DNA of 63,867 bases, filler included, from Octopus bimaculoides (taxonomy: Eukaryota): NCBI RefSeq assembly GCF_001194135.2. It is 5 parts of 5 records of this genome, joined end to end, with 100 filler letters (N's around TTAATTAATTAA, not from the genome) between each part and the next. Parts side by side here need not be neighbours in the genome. Positions count along the whole stretch, not along the records: positions 61,573 to 63,867 come from NW_026380161.1; 4 more parts are not named here. The stretch is one strand, 5' to 3'. Below, piece by piece: positions 62,028 to 63,867 of this stretch (positions within the stretch are counted from its first letter, which is position 1; each line of letters starts with the position of its first letter). A program made the translations under genes and the position numbers. The notes below the pieces were generated by a model. It made no database searches and was not told the DNA's origin. It worked only from the letters and a program-made list of their open reading frames with translations.

Positions 62028-62824
62028 GTGCCACAGGGTACTGCCTTGAGACCACTGCTTTTCATAATGGCCCTCTCAAATATGCTCTCAGCTGCACGGA
62101 TAGCCACCCTTGCTAGCTACGCAGGAGATACGAAAGTCTCGCAGAAAATACAGATCCCTAGTGATGTTGCACACATTTAGCAGGAGTTGGACTCAATTTA
62201 CAGATGGGCTGAGGACAATAATATGTAGTTGAATGCTGAAAAATTACAAGCCCTGCGCTACCAGCGTCCAAAACTGAATATAAAACTTACAAGGTACACG
62301 GGTCCACAGGGGATCTCAATCCCAGAGCCTAAATCAGTGAGGAACCTGGGTATCGACATGAGTGTTGATACCTCTTTTCAAATGCACGTTATCAGGATGG
62401 CGAAAAAGAGCAGACGACAGGCTGGATGGATCCTGAGAGCATTCAGAACCAGAGAGAAGGAAACCATGATAGACCTCTGGAGGATATTCGTCCTCAGCCA
62501 CCTGGACTATTGCTCCCAGCTATGGTCACCCAACAGTGTAAAATTAACGGCAGACCTTGAAGCAATCCAGCAAAGCTTCACAAAGAAGATCGTCTCATTG
62601 CAACAACTCAGCTATTGGGAAAGGCTGAAAGAGCTAAGAGTTTACTCCTTGGAGCAAAGGCAGGAGAGATATGCAGTAATATACATCTGGAAGATCCTGG
62701 AAGGAATTGTGCCAAATTTTGGCATTGAAAGCTACACCAATACCAGAAAGACTCAACTCTGCATAGTGCCAAAGATCGCAGTAATGCCATCGCACTTCAG
62801 GACCAGTTACTGCAACAGCCTGAG
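62028..62824 (+). mobile_element. CR1/L2-group LINE RT C-terminal half, well preserved
   Basis: One frame: VPQGTALRPLLFIM...SYAGDTK (YADD-derived)...WAEDNNM*LNAEK...VRNLGIDMS...SHLDYCSQLWSP...LEAIQQSFTK...YWERLKELRVYSLEQRQERY. Two in-frame stops; truncated by a gap. Confidence 0.9.
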
Positions 62825-63703
62825 NNNNNNNNNNNNNNNNNNNNNNNNNNNNNNNNNNNNNNNNNNNNNNNNNNNNNNNNNNNNNNNNNNNNNNNNNNNN
62901 NNNNNNNNNNNNNNNNNNNNNNNNNNNNNNNNNNNNNNNNNNNNNNNNNNNNNNNNNNNNNNNNNNNNNNNNNNNNNNNNNNNNNNNNNNNNNNNNNNNN
63001 NNNNNNNNNNNNNNNNNNNNNNNNNNNNNNNNNNNNNNNNNNNNNNNNNNNNNNNNNNNNNNNNNNNNNNNNNNNNNNNNNNNNNNNNNNNNNNNNNNNN
63101 NNNNNNNNNNNNNNNNNNNNNNNNNNNNNNNNNNNNNNNNNNNNNNNNNNNNNNNNNNNNNNNNNNNNNNNNNNNNNNNNNNNNNNNNNNNNNNNNNNNN
63201 NNNNNNNNNNNNNNNNNNNNNNNNNNNNNNNNNNNNNNNNNNNNNNNNNNNNNNNNNNNNNNNNNNNNNNNNNNNNNNNNNNNNNNNNNNNNNNNNNNNN
63301 NNNNNNNNNNNNNNNNNNNNNNNNNNNNNNNNNNNNNNNNNNNNNNNNNNNNNNNNNNNNNNNNNNNNNNNNNNNNNNNNNNNNNNNNNNNNNNNNNNNN
63401 NNNNNNNNNNNNNNNNNNNNNNNNNNNNNNNNNNNNNNNNNNNNNNNNNNNNNNNNNNNNNNNNNNNNNNNNNNNNNNNNNNNNNNNNNNNNNNNNNNNN
63501 NNNNNNNNNNNNNNNNNNNNNNNNNNNNNNNNNNNNNNNNNNNNNNNNNNNNNNNNNNNNNNNNNNNNNNNNNNNNNNNNNNNNNNNNNNNNNNNNNNNN
63601 NNNNNNNNNNNNNNNNNNNNNNNNNNNNNNNNNNNNNNNNNNNNNNNNNNNNNNNNNNNNGACCATCAATTACATTGACATTACAGAAGAGGATGTATTG
63701 AAG

Positions 63704-63775
63704 GCGGTGAGCTGGCAGAAACGCTAGGACGCTGGGCAAAATGCTTAGCAGTATTTCGTCTGCCTTTACGTTCCA
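63704..63775 (+). mobile_element. Family B SINE head fragment
   Basis: GGCGGTGAGCTGGCAGAAACGCTAGGACGCTGGGCAAAATGCTTAGCAGTATTTCGTCTGCC. Confidence 0.8.
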
Positions 63776-63867
63776 AGTAACTAGACATGACAGAGTTGGT
63801 CAATATCCACACTGGTGAATATGTCAGCATTATAAAATCAAAGCTGCTGACAAATCGTATAAGCACC

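Overview
This window is eukaryotic, AT-rich and dense in microsatellites and transposons. The repeat families (tRNA-headed SINEs, RTE LINEs with (GAT)n tails, long (TA)n/(CA)n arrays) look like an octopus/coleoid cephalopod assembly; that assignment is inference from recalled repeat consensuses, not a database hit. I found no intact, recognisable host protein-coding gene, and all long ORFs in the track are N-gap or microsatellite artefacts. What the window does hold is a fossil record of mobile DNA. DNA transposons include mariners (one Hsmar1-like and one irritans-type near full length, plus fragments and two MITEs), an internally deleted hAT and Helentron/HINE-like pieces. Non-LTR elements include RTE, L2/Crack, CR1-like, Tx1/L1-like, R4/Dong-like and CRE-like LINE fragments and Penelope remnants. 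There is also a rearranged Gypsy-type LTR element. The strongest structural signals are: (1) the LTR element has no tRNA primer-binding site, and an 18-bp perfect inverted repeat instead pairs that position with its own LTR (Tf1-like self-priming geometry); (2) a minimal type I hammerhead ribozyme fold at 57722-57758, with two decayed relatives; (3) a recurring H-type pseudoknot and hairpin array in RTE 3' UTRs; (4) a perfect 17-bp hairpin in unique sequence; (5) two SINEs stacked between three copies of one 15-bp target. Four N44-TTAATTAATTAA-N44 spacers are artificial joins, so contiguity across them is not guaranteed.
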